The notes below the pieces were generated by a model, which saw only the letters and a program-made list of their open reading frames with translations, did no database searches and was not told where the DNA came from. DNA of 64,000 nucleotides from Lama glama (lineage: Eukaryota), in contig CM052816.1 of the NCBI GenBank assembly GCA_028534125.1, positions 16,928,001-16,992,000 of the forward strand, given 5' to 3'. This document shows positions 22,639 to 36,272 of this stretch, one piece after another. The position numbers and the translations under genes are program-made. How positions within the stretch are numbered: position 1 is the stretch's first letter; the number at the start of each line of letters is the position of its first letter.

Positions 22639-25600
22639 GTAACTTCTGGGAAGGATGATTATGTTTTTTTCTCTCTAATGAATTAAGGCTTTTCCTCCGC
22701 CTAAAATAGGAATTAAAACTTACTTTATCTTAAGTAGAATATATATTTGGAATCTCTTCTTACTCATAGGGTTATATCCCTAAACTGTTATTTTAGATTG
22801 CTTTTTGCTTTACCTTTTTAAAATACTTATGTAAATGTGTTAGCCCATTTAGAGCCTTAGTATTTAGCATTAAATTTAGGTGTATTCTAAGTATTAAAGT
22901 TATATGTGATGATTTTTAAAAGATTTTTTTACACTTCAAAAGGATATAACATGAGAAATGAAATTTCTTTTTCTTCCATCTCTCCTCTCCCAGTTCAAGT
23001 CCTAGTCTCCAGACAGAGGCAGCCACTTAACACTTTCTGTTGTTCCAGGATTTTTTTATGCATTTACAAACATTCCCCCCACCCCGCATAAAGTAGGATA
23101 ATCCTCCTCCCTTAATCCCCTTTACAAAGTCTCTCCAGTAACATTCCAAATCACTACATCTGAATCTATCTCATTCTTCTTAATTTCTGTGTAATACTCC
23201 CCTTTGCAGGTGAACCACAATTTATTTACCTTGTCTTCTATTAATGGATTTTTAGACTGCTGGTAATTTTTTTCCAGCTGCTTATGAACGTTTGATGTTT
23301 TAAGCCTTATACTTGTTCTGCAGTTAGTAGTTTTGAAAATGAATGTAAAAAGAGTATTATTAAAGATTATAAAATAGAATAGAGTATTTTTAATCTTATT
23401 TCTTAGTACCATCTTTATTTGAAATTACAGTTTTTTGTTCCCTTATATTTATACAGTGTCATCGCCTATTTAGTCACTATCTTAAAAAATAAAAAAAGAA
23501 AGTTTCAATCTTCAGGAAAGACATGGGATTTCAGATAAACTTAGGAAGGATAGGTAGAGACTGAGGGTAGAGATGGTACTAGAAAGTGTAAGGGAATAGT
23601 AATGCAAAAAAGTTTAAGGAAATATTTAATATAATTAAAAGGCTCAGGTAAATATGAACTTTTTAATAAATGTTAGGAAAAGTGTGTAGCCATTTTTTAT
23701 AAAGGTTGGATTCAAGTATTATACTGTATATACCGGGATAAATTCCAAATGGATCTGAGATTTAAATATTAAAAAACTAAACCATACAGATTCTAGAAGA
23801 AAAGAAGGCTGAATTTCTTTTTATTCTTGGAATGGGATAGCCTTTTTACTGTGACTTAAAGACTAGGTACCATAAAAGAAAAGATTGATAAAATTATAAA
23901 CATAAAAAACTTCTGCATGGCCTAATAAGCAAAGTCAAAACACAAATGACACACTTGGAAAAAAGGTTTGCAATTCATATCACAAAGTCTAATCTCCCGA
24001 ATATATAGAAAGCTCCTAGAAAAGGATAAAAATTCAGTTGAAAATGGGCAGTACATGTGGATGGTCACAGAAGAAGAAAAACAAATGCTTCTTAAACATA
24101 GGAAAAGATTCTCCATCTCTAAGCAGGAAAAAAAATTTTTAAATGGCACTAAGGTACCATCTGGTAAGAATATAAAAGTAAATCACAACCCTTATGGATG
24201 GGAATCTGGCAGATATCAATATTACAGATGCTTTTACCATTTGACCCAGCCATACTGCTTTGGGAATCCCTACTATAACCCATGTATTAATATGAAGTGA
24301 CATATATACAGGTTATTTTTTGCAGTATTGTTTATTTACAAGCAAAAGATTGAAAACAACCCAGCATTAGAAGACTGGTTAAAGTAACACTGGTGAATCC
24401 ACCAAATTGAATACTATGCAACTAATTATAAAAAGAACAGTGGGTAACCTCTCTGTGTGCTGTTACGGAAAAAAGCAAGATGCAGAACGATGTGTGGCAA
24501 CTTTTTGTGATAGAGAAAAATAATACATATTCATGTTTGCCAGTATTTGCAAAATGAAGCACTGGAGATAAACATTAAAAAATAATTACATATTGAAGGC
24601 AAGGAAAAATCGTAGGTTAGGACGGAAATGAAAAAGAGATTTTTCAGTGTATACCTTTTTATATTGCTTTGAACTTTTTAACCCTGTAAGTATAGTACCA
24701 AACAATTAAAGAAGTAAACAAATAAGATAGTTATCCCATTTTTTAAAAAAGTTCATATTTTTAAAAGGATTAGTGAAAGTTAATAATCAGGCAGCTAATG
24801 ATTATAAGTTAAATATAATTAAATTATTAAATATAATTAAATATATTAAGTATTATTAAATGTATTAAATATTAATAAATATATTAAATATTATTAAATA
24901 TATTAAATACTTATACTGAGTGCTAATATTAGTACTTTCCCTAGTTAGCAACAAATTCCAAACCAAAAAATGCCTTGGTTTAATTGTGATAAAATATACA
25001 CAACATAAAATTTACCATTTTAACCATTTTTAAGTGTGTAGTTCAGCAGCATTAAGTACGTTCATACTGTAGTGCAGCCATCACCACTATCCATCTCTAG
25101 AACTTTTTCATTATCTCAAACTGAAACTCTGTACCCATTAAGCACTAACTCCCTGTTTTTCCTTCTCTCCAGCTCTTGGTAACCACTATTCTACTTTCTG
25201 TCTCCGTAACTTTGACTATTCCATATATCTCATATAAGTGAATCGTATCTGTCCTTTGTATTGTATGCTTTTAAAATAGGCTCTATTGTAGTTGGGAGTT
25301 CACTAACCTTGAGGCTTTCTTGTTCCATTTAGGAGAAAACCGTCTGAAAAATGATATATTCTTTCAGTAGGTGGCAGTCTTTCCCGTGTTACAAACAAAT
25401 GGTTTGGTTCCTTTGCTGATATTATTTAATATCACTCCTCCTCTTTGTGAAAATATTAATCTAAATTCCAAAATATTTATCTGAGCTAATTTTAAAGCAA
25501 TTAATGCAATCATTAATTCAGTATCAACTTTAGTTTAAGATGAGCCCTTTTTTTTTTCAAAATTATGCTACATTAGCTAGCATACCTGCAGAAGATAACT

Positions 25601-28600
25601 ACCCCTGCTTGTTAAGGGGTATGTGGCAGATGAGGGCTTACAATGCAACAGATGAGATTTTTATTTTTTAACCTAGCAACAAAAAACCTCAAACCAATAT
25701 GCATTAGAATCACAAATACTGGCATGCCTAAATTTTAAATAATAAAATCAAGGGTTATACTAAATCATATTCTACTATAACTTTTCAAATTTCTTCTATT
25801 TCTTGACTATATGAATTTTAATGTGAGAACAGATGTCGGCACCTTTTTTGATAGTAACTGGTTCTTGATTGGTGAGAATTTTATGTTTGTCCAGCAGAGC
25901 CTGTTCATAACGGTACTGACCCACTTAGGTAAGCATCTTTCCAAGTTTCTTGCTCTGGGCAATTTAGATCCCTCGCTGCAAAGCAAGCAATTTGATCATT
26001 TCTGAAATCTGTGGACACATGATAGTTTTGGGAGGGGCTTTAAGAGGTAGATCACTTGGTATAATTTGCATTGTACTCTCAGTAAAATCTAACCCTCTTT
26101 AGAAAGATGGATAGCTCCCTTAATCTTGGAGACTTTTATCTTACACCTAGAAACTTATCTCCATGTCTCATCATCCTTACTCCAGCCAGAAGTCTTCCTT
26201 GATGTCAACTTTGAATCCCTCTATTATATTTTGAGCCCTTGCCCTCATGATCTACTTTTAGTGGAATTAAAAAACAATAATAATGGAATGATTTTTTAAA
26301 TGCACTCAAATAGTTGCTTTTAGGGAAAGCATGATGCTTTCTGATTGGAAGAATGACTGACTATGATATTTTTAATTTAATGATTCATTTATATAGTCTT
26401 TTGTGAAGAAAATAACATTAATTTGTCCCAAACATTTCATATTCTTTCAAATTAAGAAACTTAATGCCAACTAATTATTCTTAAGATCATAGTGAATCAA
26501 CATATTTATGGCAGAACCAGAATAAAAGAATATACAACTTTCATGTCCAAGTGAAAAACTTGTTTACTGCATCATTATACTACATACTATTTCTAAGTTC
26601 CATGAGAGCAGCTCTCTAAAATAATGCAGGAAAATTTCACAATGAATAGGAAAATATCACAAATAGACAGGGAAAGATGAATTTGGAATATTCTAAAGTC
26701 CAACTTTATTACCATAGTGTATACAAGTATATATTAACAAAATATTGATAACTAGAGTGTTTTTACTTTAATAAGGGGATATACTTAATTTGCCATTAAC
26801 AAACCATTTGTTGAAGGAGGCTGCGAAACCAGCATAATTTTACTTAAGTAGGTTAAATAACTCTTATTTACAGCCTACATTAATTTAATCTTGTCTTGCC
26901 CTTTGCTCCTAAGACAAAAATAAATCTCAAATTTGTAATCAAATCGGTGCTGATTTCAAATTATTAATAACTTAATGAGGTATTCTTGAACTGTCATTTT
27001 AAATGTCTTTGTTGACTTTCTCTTATAGAGAAGAAAACTTCATCTCAGCCCTGAGCACTGTAGTAACTTTTATGTGGAACAGTATGGGAAAATGTTTTTC
27101 CCCAATTTAACAGCTTACATGAGTTCTGGACCACTTGTTGCCATGATATTAGCTAGACATAAAGCCATCTCTTATTGGAAAGAACTTTTGGGACCAAGTA
27201 ATAGCTTAGTAGCTAAGGAGACACATCCAGACAGGTAACTTTCCTATGGGAAAAAATGGAATACAACTATGAAAATGGTGGGGTGGGGGGAGGAGGAGGA
27301 TCTCATTGTAATAGAAATTTCCTTTCATTTGAAAGTTTTCCTAAATTATCTGATTTTGGGGGAGCTTGGAGGGGGCTGGTGGAGGAGATCCACTTTATAT
27401 TTTAACTACTTTAATGTCTATTTTAATATCAAATACCTCAAAAGTTCTCAGAAAATTTTGACTTATGGTTGGTGAGTCTTATTTTTCTCTCATCCTTAAA
27501 TTAACCTGCCACTGATGTGGGATTTGTCATGGAAAAATTGGTATGGTATTTTACAGAATATTGGTAAATAGGACCAGAAATTCAGATTTTCACCATTATC
27601 ATTAATGTTGGGAAACCAGAAGTCATTAAGTTCTTGCACTTTTGAAAATGCATTGCTTTTTAACTTCTCACAAAACAACACCTCTTTTTCATCCACAGTG
27701 TATTCTTCCTGCAGATTTAAGTATATTTGACCCTCATCTAGAGTTATGCTTAATTTCAAAGTAGATTAAAACCTGTGAGAGTAAAAAATACAAGAAGTGG
27801 CAGTGCTTCTGTAAAATTCCTAAGTAGAATGCATGTGTAAATAGTAAGGAAAGAATGTCAGTAGGATGCTCATCATCTCTAATTTGTCTTTAGTCTAAGG
27901 GCAATTTATGGCACAGATGAACTAAGGAATGCACTTCATGGGAGTAATGATTTTGCTGCAGCAGAAAGAGAAATTCGATTCATGTTTCCTGCAGGTGAGT
28001 TACAGATGAGTAATTAGTCAGTTGCATCTCCTTATTGTTTTTTTTTTTTAATTTTATTTTGGAGATGTAGCTGGGAATGAAGATAAAAGGGTTTTTCTCC
28101 AGTATATTGTCATGTTTTCAAGTTGTAGTTACTTAACAGCTTGAAACCAAGAATAGAAAGCTCAACATTTTTCTCAGAACTAAATTGTGCCCTTTAGGGA
28201 ATCTTTTGAGAAGAGTTTACTTTTTTCTTTCTTTTCTCTTGGACTAGACATATCTAGGGTTTTTCTTTTTCTGTGTTGTAATTCCTTTTAGTTATCCCTA
28301 AATGCATCAGTCAGATTTTGTTACACATGAAAAAAGAATCTTCTTTGGAAATTATGATTGCTTTGCCATTTTCTCTTAACAGTTTACCATTTGTCTAACA
28401 AGTACTCATGCAGTTATGAAATTAATAGTTCTTAGGCCCTTTTTTTGTTACCATCCTGTTATGGAAGTTTTAAACCTTTTAGAAGTGTGCATAATGAGGA
28501 ACAGCTTGAAGTTTTTAGTTTGTTTTCAGTAATATTTTTAGAGCAGAAAAAAATTGGTGATTTTCATTATAAAGAAAAAAATTCAAAGCACTGGACCATT

Positions 28601-31600
28601 TTGAATTTTTTTTAGCATGTTATTTTTCTCTTAAATAATTTAGATCTGTTCCTCAGTATTCTTTGCTGAAGATTTATTCACAGAAAACTGAAAATTGTCT
28701 TGGAGATTTTTGAACAAACAGACAAAAACTGTTTTATAGATATTTGTATACAAAAGGATTTGCTTACTACATATTTTATTCTTACTGATCTAATTTCTGT
28801 CATATCCATTCCATTAAGATATCTTTTTCTTTGGAGCAGTTTATTGTGAAAAATCTACACACAAGTAGACAGAATAGAGAAGTAAACCCCTAATAACTCA
28901 TCACCTACCTTCAACAATTTTGGTTACTCTCTTATTTCGTCTATAACCCTTACTCCTACTTCTCCTGCTTTCATATTATTTTAAGGCAAATCTCAAACAT
29001 GAGATGTCTTTTTAATGTGGTAGATCTTTAGATTAAGTACTACTAGTGAATTAGATTTTTCCTCCTTAGCTTTTAACTAAAATAGAATTAAAAACTCATT
29101 TATCTTACATAGAACATATATTTGGAAGCTCTTCTTACTCATAAAGTTCTATCCCTAAACTGTTATTTTAGATTGCCTATGATCTTACCTATCAATTAAT
29201 CCTCTAGATATAGTTAGATATTTGATAAGCAGCAGCTGTAGGATAAATATAAATGATTAATTACCTACCACATTGCAGTTCTTTTGCTGTTGGAATGTGA
29301 AGTTCTTTGGAGTAAGTTCTCAGCTTGTGATGTGAGCTCCCTCTTGCTTGGCAGTCAGTCAGAAACTATGTGCAAAACTGTATATGATGGGTCACAAAAG
29401 CAAGTTATAAAGATATTTAAAGACATGTTCCTAATCCTTAAAAAAACTAGTGCTCTTCCCTTTCCCTTTTAATTGGGATGGCTAATTTAAAGCTTTGCTA
29501 TATTCTACGCATTCAACAAATTTATTGAATTACCTAGTTTGTGCCAGAAATACAAAGATAAACAAGAAGATGCCCCTGTTCTCTCAAGGTGATCATATTT
29601 TAAAAGTCTATAAAAATAAATATACAATTCAGTGTATAAATTATGTTATGAAAAACCTGTAAAAATTGCAGTGAAAATTTATCTGTAAGAAACATGAAAA
29701 CACTTTATATTTTCTCATTTATTTATCCAGCCCTAATTGCTAGAGAAAAATAATAAATGGTCAGCCAAAATAGACAAGGTAGAAACAAACAATCCAAAAA
29801 TGAAGTTAAGGAAACAGTTTTATTCACAGTAGCATCAAAAATAATAAAATACTTAGGAATAAATATAAGAAAAGAGGTACAATTCTTATGTACTGAAAAG
29901 CATAAAACATTGCTGAGAGAAATTATAGAATATTTAAGTAAATAGACATCCCATGTTCCTGGGATCAGAAGAATCATTATTTTCAAGATGGCAATTCTCT
30001 CCAAATTGATCAATAAATTTAATGTAATCCCTATCAAAGTACATGCATGCTTTTATGTAGAAATTATCAAGCTGATTCTAAAATTTATATGGAATTGTAA
30101 AGGATCTAGAAGAGCCAAAACAGTATTGAAATGAAGAACAAAGTTGGAGAACTTCCACTAATTTGATTTCAAAACCTGTTATGAAACCATGATATTTAAG
30201 ACAGAATGGTACTGACATAAGGATAGACGTAAAGATCAGTGAAGCATAACTGAGGCTCTGGAAATAAATCCCTACATTATGGCTAATTGATTTTTGACAG
30301 AAGTACCTAGACAATTTGATGGGGAAAGCATGGTCTCTTCAAGAAGTGGTGTGGAGGACAACTGTATATCCACATGCAAAAACAAACTAACAAAAAAGCA
30401 ACTTAAAGCTTTGTTTCACACTGCACACAAAATTTAATTCAACATGGATCATAGACCTAAACATAAGAGCTAAAAATATCTAGAAGAAAACACAGGAGAA
30501 AATCTTCATGACCTTGAGTTGGACAAAGAGTTCTTACATATGACAGCAAAAGCATGATCTTAAAAGAAAATATTAAAAATTGGGCTACATCAAAATTGAA
30601 AGCTTTTCAAAAAAAATTCAAAGCTTTTCTTCTTCAAAAATCATCATTAACAGTATGAAAAGATAAACCACAGACTGGGAGAAAATATTTGCAAATCATA
30701 TATCAGATAAAGGACTTGTATCCAGAATATATAAAGAACTTTCATAACTCAGTAATAAGACAGCCAGATTATAAACTGAGCAGAAGATTTGAATTCACAA
30801 AAGATGAATGGCTAATAATCACATGAAAAAGTGCTCAGCATAATTAATCAATGGGGAAATGCAAATTGAAACCACAATGAGATACCACTGCTTACCCACT
30901 GGAATGATTATGATGAGTGGCAAAGATAAGAGATACTAGAATCCTCATATGTTATTGTAAAATGTGACAGCCACTTTGAAAAACAGTTTGGTTATCTCTT
31001 AAAATGTTAAAACATACATGTAATGTATAACTCTGCTAGCAGTTCCACTACTAGCAGAATCTACCCACTCAAGAGAAATGAAAACACAAATCTACTTAAA
31101 GACACATGTGAATATTCATAACAACATTATTTAATATAGCCCCAAACTGGAAACAACAAACCATCTATTCATCAGTGGCTAAACAAAATTTAGTATAGCC
31201 ATATAGCCATACAGTGGAATACTACTCAGCAATTAAAAGGAACAAACATGCTATAACATGCATGGACCTCAAAACATTATTCTAGGTAGAATAATCCAGG
31301 CACAGAAGACCACATATTATATGATCCATTTATCTGAAATGTCTAGGAAAGACAAATTTTTAGAAACAGTTCAGTGGTTGCCAAGAGCTAGATAGAGTAG
31401 GAGCAGTAGTGGGGAATTGCAAATGAGTACAAGGAAACATTTTGAGGGTGATGGAAGTTTTCTGAAACTGGATCATGGTGATGATCACATAATTATAAAT
31501 TTGTTAAAAGTCAGTTGTGTGCTACAGTGGGATAATTTTATAAGTGAATTAGACCTTAATAAAACTTAAAAAATAAAATTATAAAAAGTAAATCATGTTT

Positions 31601-34600
31601 CTGCTGTCATGGAGTTTATAGTCTAGTGTTTGAAAGATATCCATTAAACAATAGTTATCTAAATAATTGCATAAAACAGTTGCATAGTTATTGTGTGGTA
31701 AGTGCTATAAGAGCCAATTAGAGGGTATCATGAGACACTGTAAGACAGCCCCTGACTGAGGAACTGACATTTTAGCTGAGATCCAAGGTATAAGTAGTGG
31801 TTAACCAGAGAAAGAAAAGAGCATTTTAGCAGAAGGAATAGCAAGTGCTAAAGTCATGAGTAGGAAAGAATGTAGCATATTCTATAAACTGAAAGATCTA
31901 GGAGAAGACACACTAAGATGATGTTGGAGAGGTATATCGAGGTCACATGGTATGACCTTTGGCCCTTTTTATGGAGTTCTGTCTTGCTTGTAAGTGCAAT
32001 GAGGAACCAATTAAGCATTTTAAAGATGAGAGTGACATAGATTTTCGTTTTTTAAATACTACAAAGGACCTGGGAACAGTGAACTTTCAAAAAAATGGTC
32101 TTAACATGGAATTTACAAAGTAGAAGAGACAGATGACAGAAGTATTTATATAATCAAAATAAAGCAAAATTATACAGTGATCAGTGATCAGTGTAATGAA
32201 GGGTGCTACAACCAGACTAAAAGGAAAGAAACCTGTTACCCAAGATCTATGGGACTTCCTCCAGCTTTTCCTCGCATTATGGCAAATGACTCCCATTGTT
32301 ACTCCTTGTGTCACTGAGACTGAGCCTAGACACATACATATGTAGTCATACAGAAATCTATCCTCCCAGTCTCCTTTCCCTTGGGCCAATAAGGATTTAG
32401 TTCTGAGCACATGAGACTGCTAGCTTCACTTTCTCATCTTTATCATAAGTAGCACATTGATGGGGATTAATCTCAAAAGACCAATGAAAACTTACACATT
32501 TCTTTCTAGTAGAAATATTCTTTGTTGTACTGCAAGTCTGGTTCACCTATGTAGTGTTCAGACAAGGCTGAAAAGACTAAAATTTCCCTAAATCTTACAT
32601 AATTTGTTTAAAAGCCTGCAAAATAAGAGCAGGAATATTAATACATACTGTACAGATAGAAATAGGCTGTATGGAATTAATTGCTGTATTATTTTAATCC
32701 AGATTATACATGTTCTTTATATTTTTCTTTTGCATAACATTGTCCATTATACTGTTTACTGTAAAAAACACAGAAATGGAAATGCAGAAATGGATATTGT
32801 TGAAAACATAATCAGAATCTTATACTGATCACTATTAGCATTTTGATATGTTTCTTGCCAGTCTTACAAGTCTTATTATTTCTCTGTATATGTGTGCTTG
32901 TATGTTTTTGAACAAACTATTATGCTATGTATCTAGTTCTGTTTTCTTTTTTAAAAAATAACTAAGTATTTCTCATGCCATTAAAAGTTCTTTGAATGTG
33001 GCCTTTATAGTGACTGTGTAATATTTCATCATTATGTTAGCTTTAATGGGAATACATTTGTATTTGCAGTGATTGTTGAGCCCATTCCAGTTGGACAAGC
33101 TGCTAAGGACTATTTAAATTTGTATGTAACACCAACTCTTCTTAAAGGACTCACAGAGCTTTGTAAGCAAAAACCAGCAGATCCTTTTGTAAGAAATATT
33201 TTTATTTGTACTAAAGAATGTTGATAGTTTTCACAGGTAAAATACTGTATTTTTTGAAACAGTACAAGTATTAAGAGTTGTTTTTAAAAACTATTTTTTA
33301 TATATTTTAGATACTTTCTTATGTAACGTTTGATTATACTTGACCCTTGAGTAAGCATGGGGGTTAGGAACACCAACCTTCTGTACAGTCAAAAATCATA
33401 GGCCCTTATATCCTTAGTTCCTCCATATCTGTGATTCTGCATCTGGTTCAACCAATTGTGAGTTGTATGGTACTGTAGTATTTACTACTGAATAAAATCC
33501 ATGTGAAAATGGACCCCCACAGTTCAAACCTGTGTTGCTCAAGGGTTAACTATACTTATTTTCTTGCTGTGTTTTAACTCTTAAAAAGCATTTTTCTAAG
33601 GACATTTTCAATTATTACATCCTTCAATTGCTGAGCATTGTTTTTGTGTATAATTTATATAATCAAATGATAAAATAATAAAATTAGATATATATTGAAT
33701 TTTGTTCAATATTTTTGTTTCTCATGATGTCTAAATTTTTTCAGTAGAAAACTTAAATTTATTCACATCCCTAGATGCTTCAACATTGCTCAGTCAGGTG
33801 GAAGAATGATTGAGTATGAGGGATAATAATCCTAGGCCAAATGTCAGTCTGGGTCCATCTTTCCAGATATTCCCACCCATTTGAAGAATCTCAGAAATAA
33901 TCAGGGAAGGTTATTTTAATTTCAGCCCTACCAAAATTGTATCTTTAGCCTTTGTAACCATTCTCAAAATACTCTGGAAGACAAAAGATAAAATCTTTCC
34001 TACTAGCATTATCACTTTGAACAAAAAGAAAAATGTTGGTGGATTGTTTCTTTTGTTTGTTTGTTTTTTTGTTTTTGTTTTTGTATTTTTTTAATGAAGG
34101 TACTGAGGACTGTACCCAGGACTTTGTGCATCTTAAGCATGCATTCTACCACTGAGCTATATACCCTTCCACCTCCAATTGTTTCTTTAATAACTCTTTT
34201 TCATAGTGAAAATAATACATTTTTATTTAGTAAAAAAGCTGAAGCAACTGGAAAATGTGAAGAAAAGAAATACCCTGGTTCCATTTCCTAAACATGGTCT
34301 CTCAAGTCATCTTGCCTGGATTCACCTCTGACTCCAGACACCTAACCTCTCTCTGAGTCTGTTTATTCTCATCAGTAAAATATAGATGTATTAGTACCTA
34401 CCTACTTAGTAAGGATATTGTTGGGATTAAACATGTAAATGCATGTAAAATTCTTAGTCAAAGTGCCTGGCACATAAGTGCTCAAACATTAATTGCTGCT
34501 ATTGATGTTTTGGGGGGGTTTTTTAGCCTAATGAAACTAATCCAGTCCTGTTTTCTTCTGTGCTCAGGTTTAATTTTTTTATATGACTGTATATAAACAC

Positions 34601-36232
34601 ATATCCCATAAATATTGCTGTATTTAAATACATGTTTTATAGAGATTATTTTAATAGTCACATGATATTTCTTTTATTACCTTTACCATTCTTTTGCTGT
34701 TTGAGTTGTTTGCTATTATAAATACTGTACTAATAAACACCTTTTCTAAAACTTTAAACTTTATTTATATATATATTTTACAATATCATATTTTTAAGTT
34801 GAAAAATAGTTGATGTATAGTCAATATTACATGTTACAGGTATACAATATAGTGACTCATAATTTTTAAAGGTTATACTCCATTTATAATTATTACAATA
34901 TATTGGCTATATTCCCCATGTTGTACAATACATCCTTGTAGCTTATTTTTATACCTGATAGTTTGTACCTCTCAATCCTCCACCGCCATCTTGCCCCTTC
35001 CCTCTCCCCGGTGGCAACCACTAGTTTCTCCTCTACATCTGTATCTGTTTTTTTTTGTTGTTGTTGTCATATTCACTAATTTGTTGTATTATTTTAGATT
35101 CCACATGTAAGTGATATCTTACAGTATTTATCTTTCTCTGTCTGACTTGTTTCACTCAGCATAATGCCCTCCAGTCCATCCATGCTGTACACTAGTGTAG
35201 TAATAAACATCTTTGAGTATAAAGCTTTTCACACATTGAGATTATTTCATTTGGAAAGAGGTCAGAGTCTCAAATTATAATTCATAACATGAAATTTTAA
35301 AAAATTGTCCCTTAAAGAACTTTATTTTTTAACTGTTTAACTTTTTTGAATAAGTTATGTTTTAATATGGTAAAAATGTTAAAGTTAGAAAAGGAAAGAC
35401 AGCGAAAAGTAACTCTCCTTTCCATTCCTGTTTTTTTTGTTGTTGTTGTTAGTGTAGTAGTTTTTTTTTTTTAATTGACTTATAGTCAGTTTACAATGTT
35501 GTGTTCCATTCCCGTTCTTTAGTCACTCAGTTGTACTCCTTGGACTCGATCACTGTTACCAGCCTGTAGTATATCTTTTCAGAGAAAATCTATATATATA
35601 TAAGCATATATATTTATGGGTACTTAAAAACACATACACATAAGAATGCTAGCTACTAAACATACTGTTTGACACTTTTTACCTTATTTACTTAATATAT
35701 ATTATAAATTGTTAAATAGCATCACAAACAAAATTGCACATTTTATTTTAGTTTTTTCTTTGCTAATTTTTAAAATTTTATTTAAAAATTTTTTTATTGT
35801 AGTGTAGTTGATTTACAATGTTAGTTTCAGGTGTACAGCAAAGCAATTCAGTTATACACACATACACACTTATTTTCAGATTCTTTTCCATTATAGCTTA
35901 TTATAAGAAATTGAATATATCCCTCTGCTATACAGTAGGCCCTTGTTTTTTATCTATTTTATATATAGTAGTGTGTATCTGTTAATCCCAAACTCCTAAT
36001 TTATCCTCCCCTTCTCCTTCTCATTGGGTAACTGTTGTTGGTTTTCTATGTCTGTGAGTCTCTTTCTGGTTTATGAATAAAATTTGTATCTTTTTTAAGA
36101 TTCCACATATTAGTGATATCATATGATGTTTGTCTTTCTCTGACTTACTTCACTTAATATGATAATTTCTAGGTCCATCTATGTTGCTGCACATGTCATT
36201 ATTTCGTTCTCTTTTTTACGGCTGAGTAATAT

Positions 36233-36272
<40 letters not shown>

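Noticed and set aside
24825..24910. Periodic AT repeat as a CRISPR-like array or structured RNA
   Set aside because: Simple low-complexity slippage repeat with no spacers, in a eukaryotic intron
27930..27945. NALHGS motif as evidence of an active NDP kinase
   Set aside because: The His is normal for NME5, which is generally reported to lack NDPK activity; nothing unusual here
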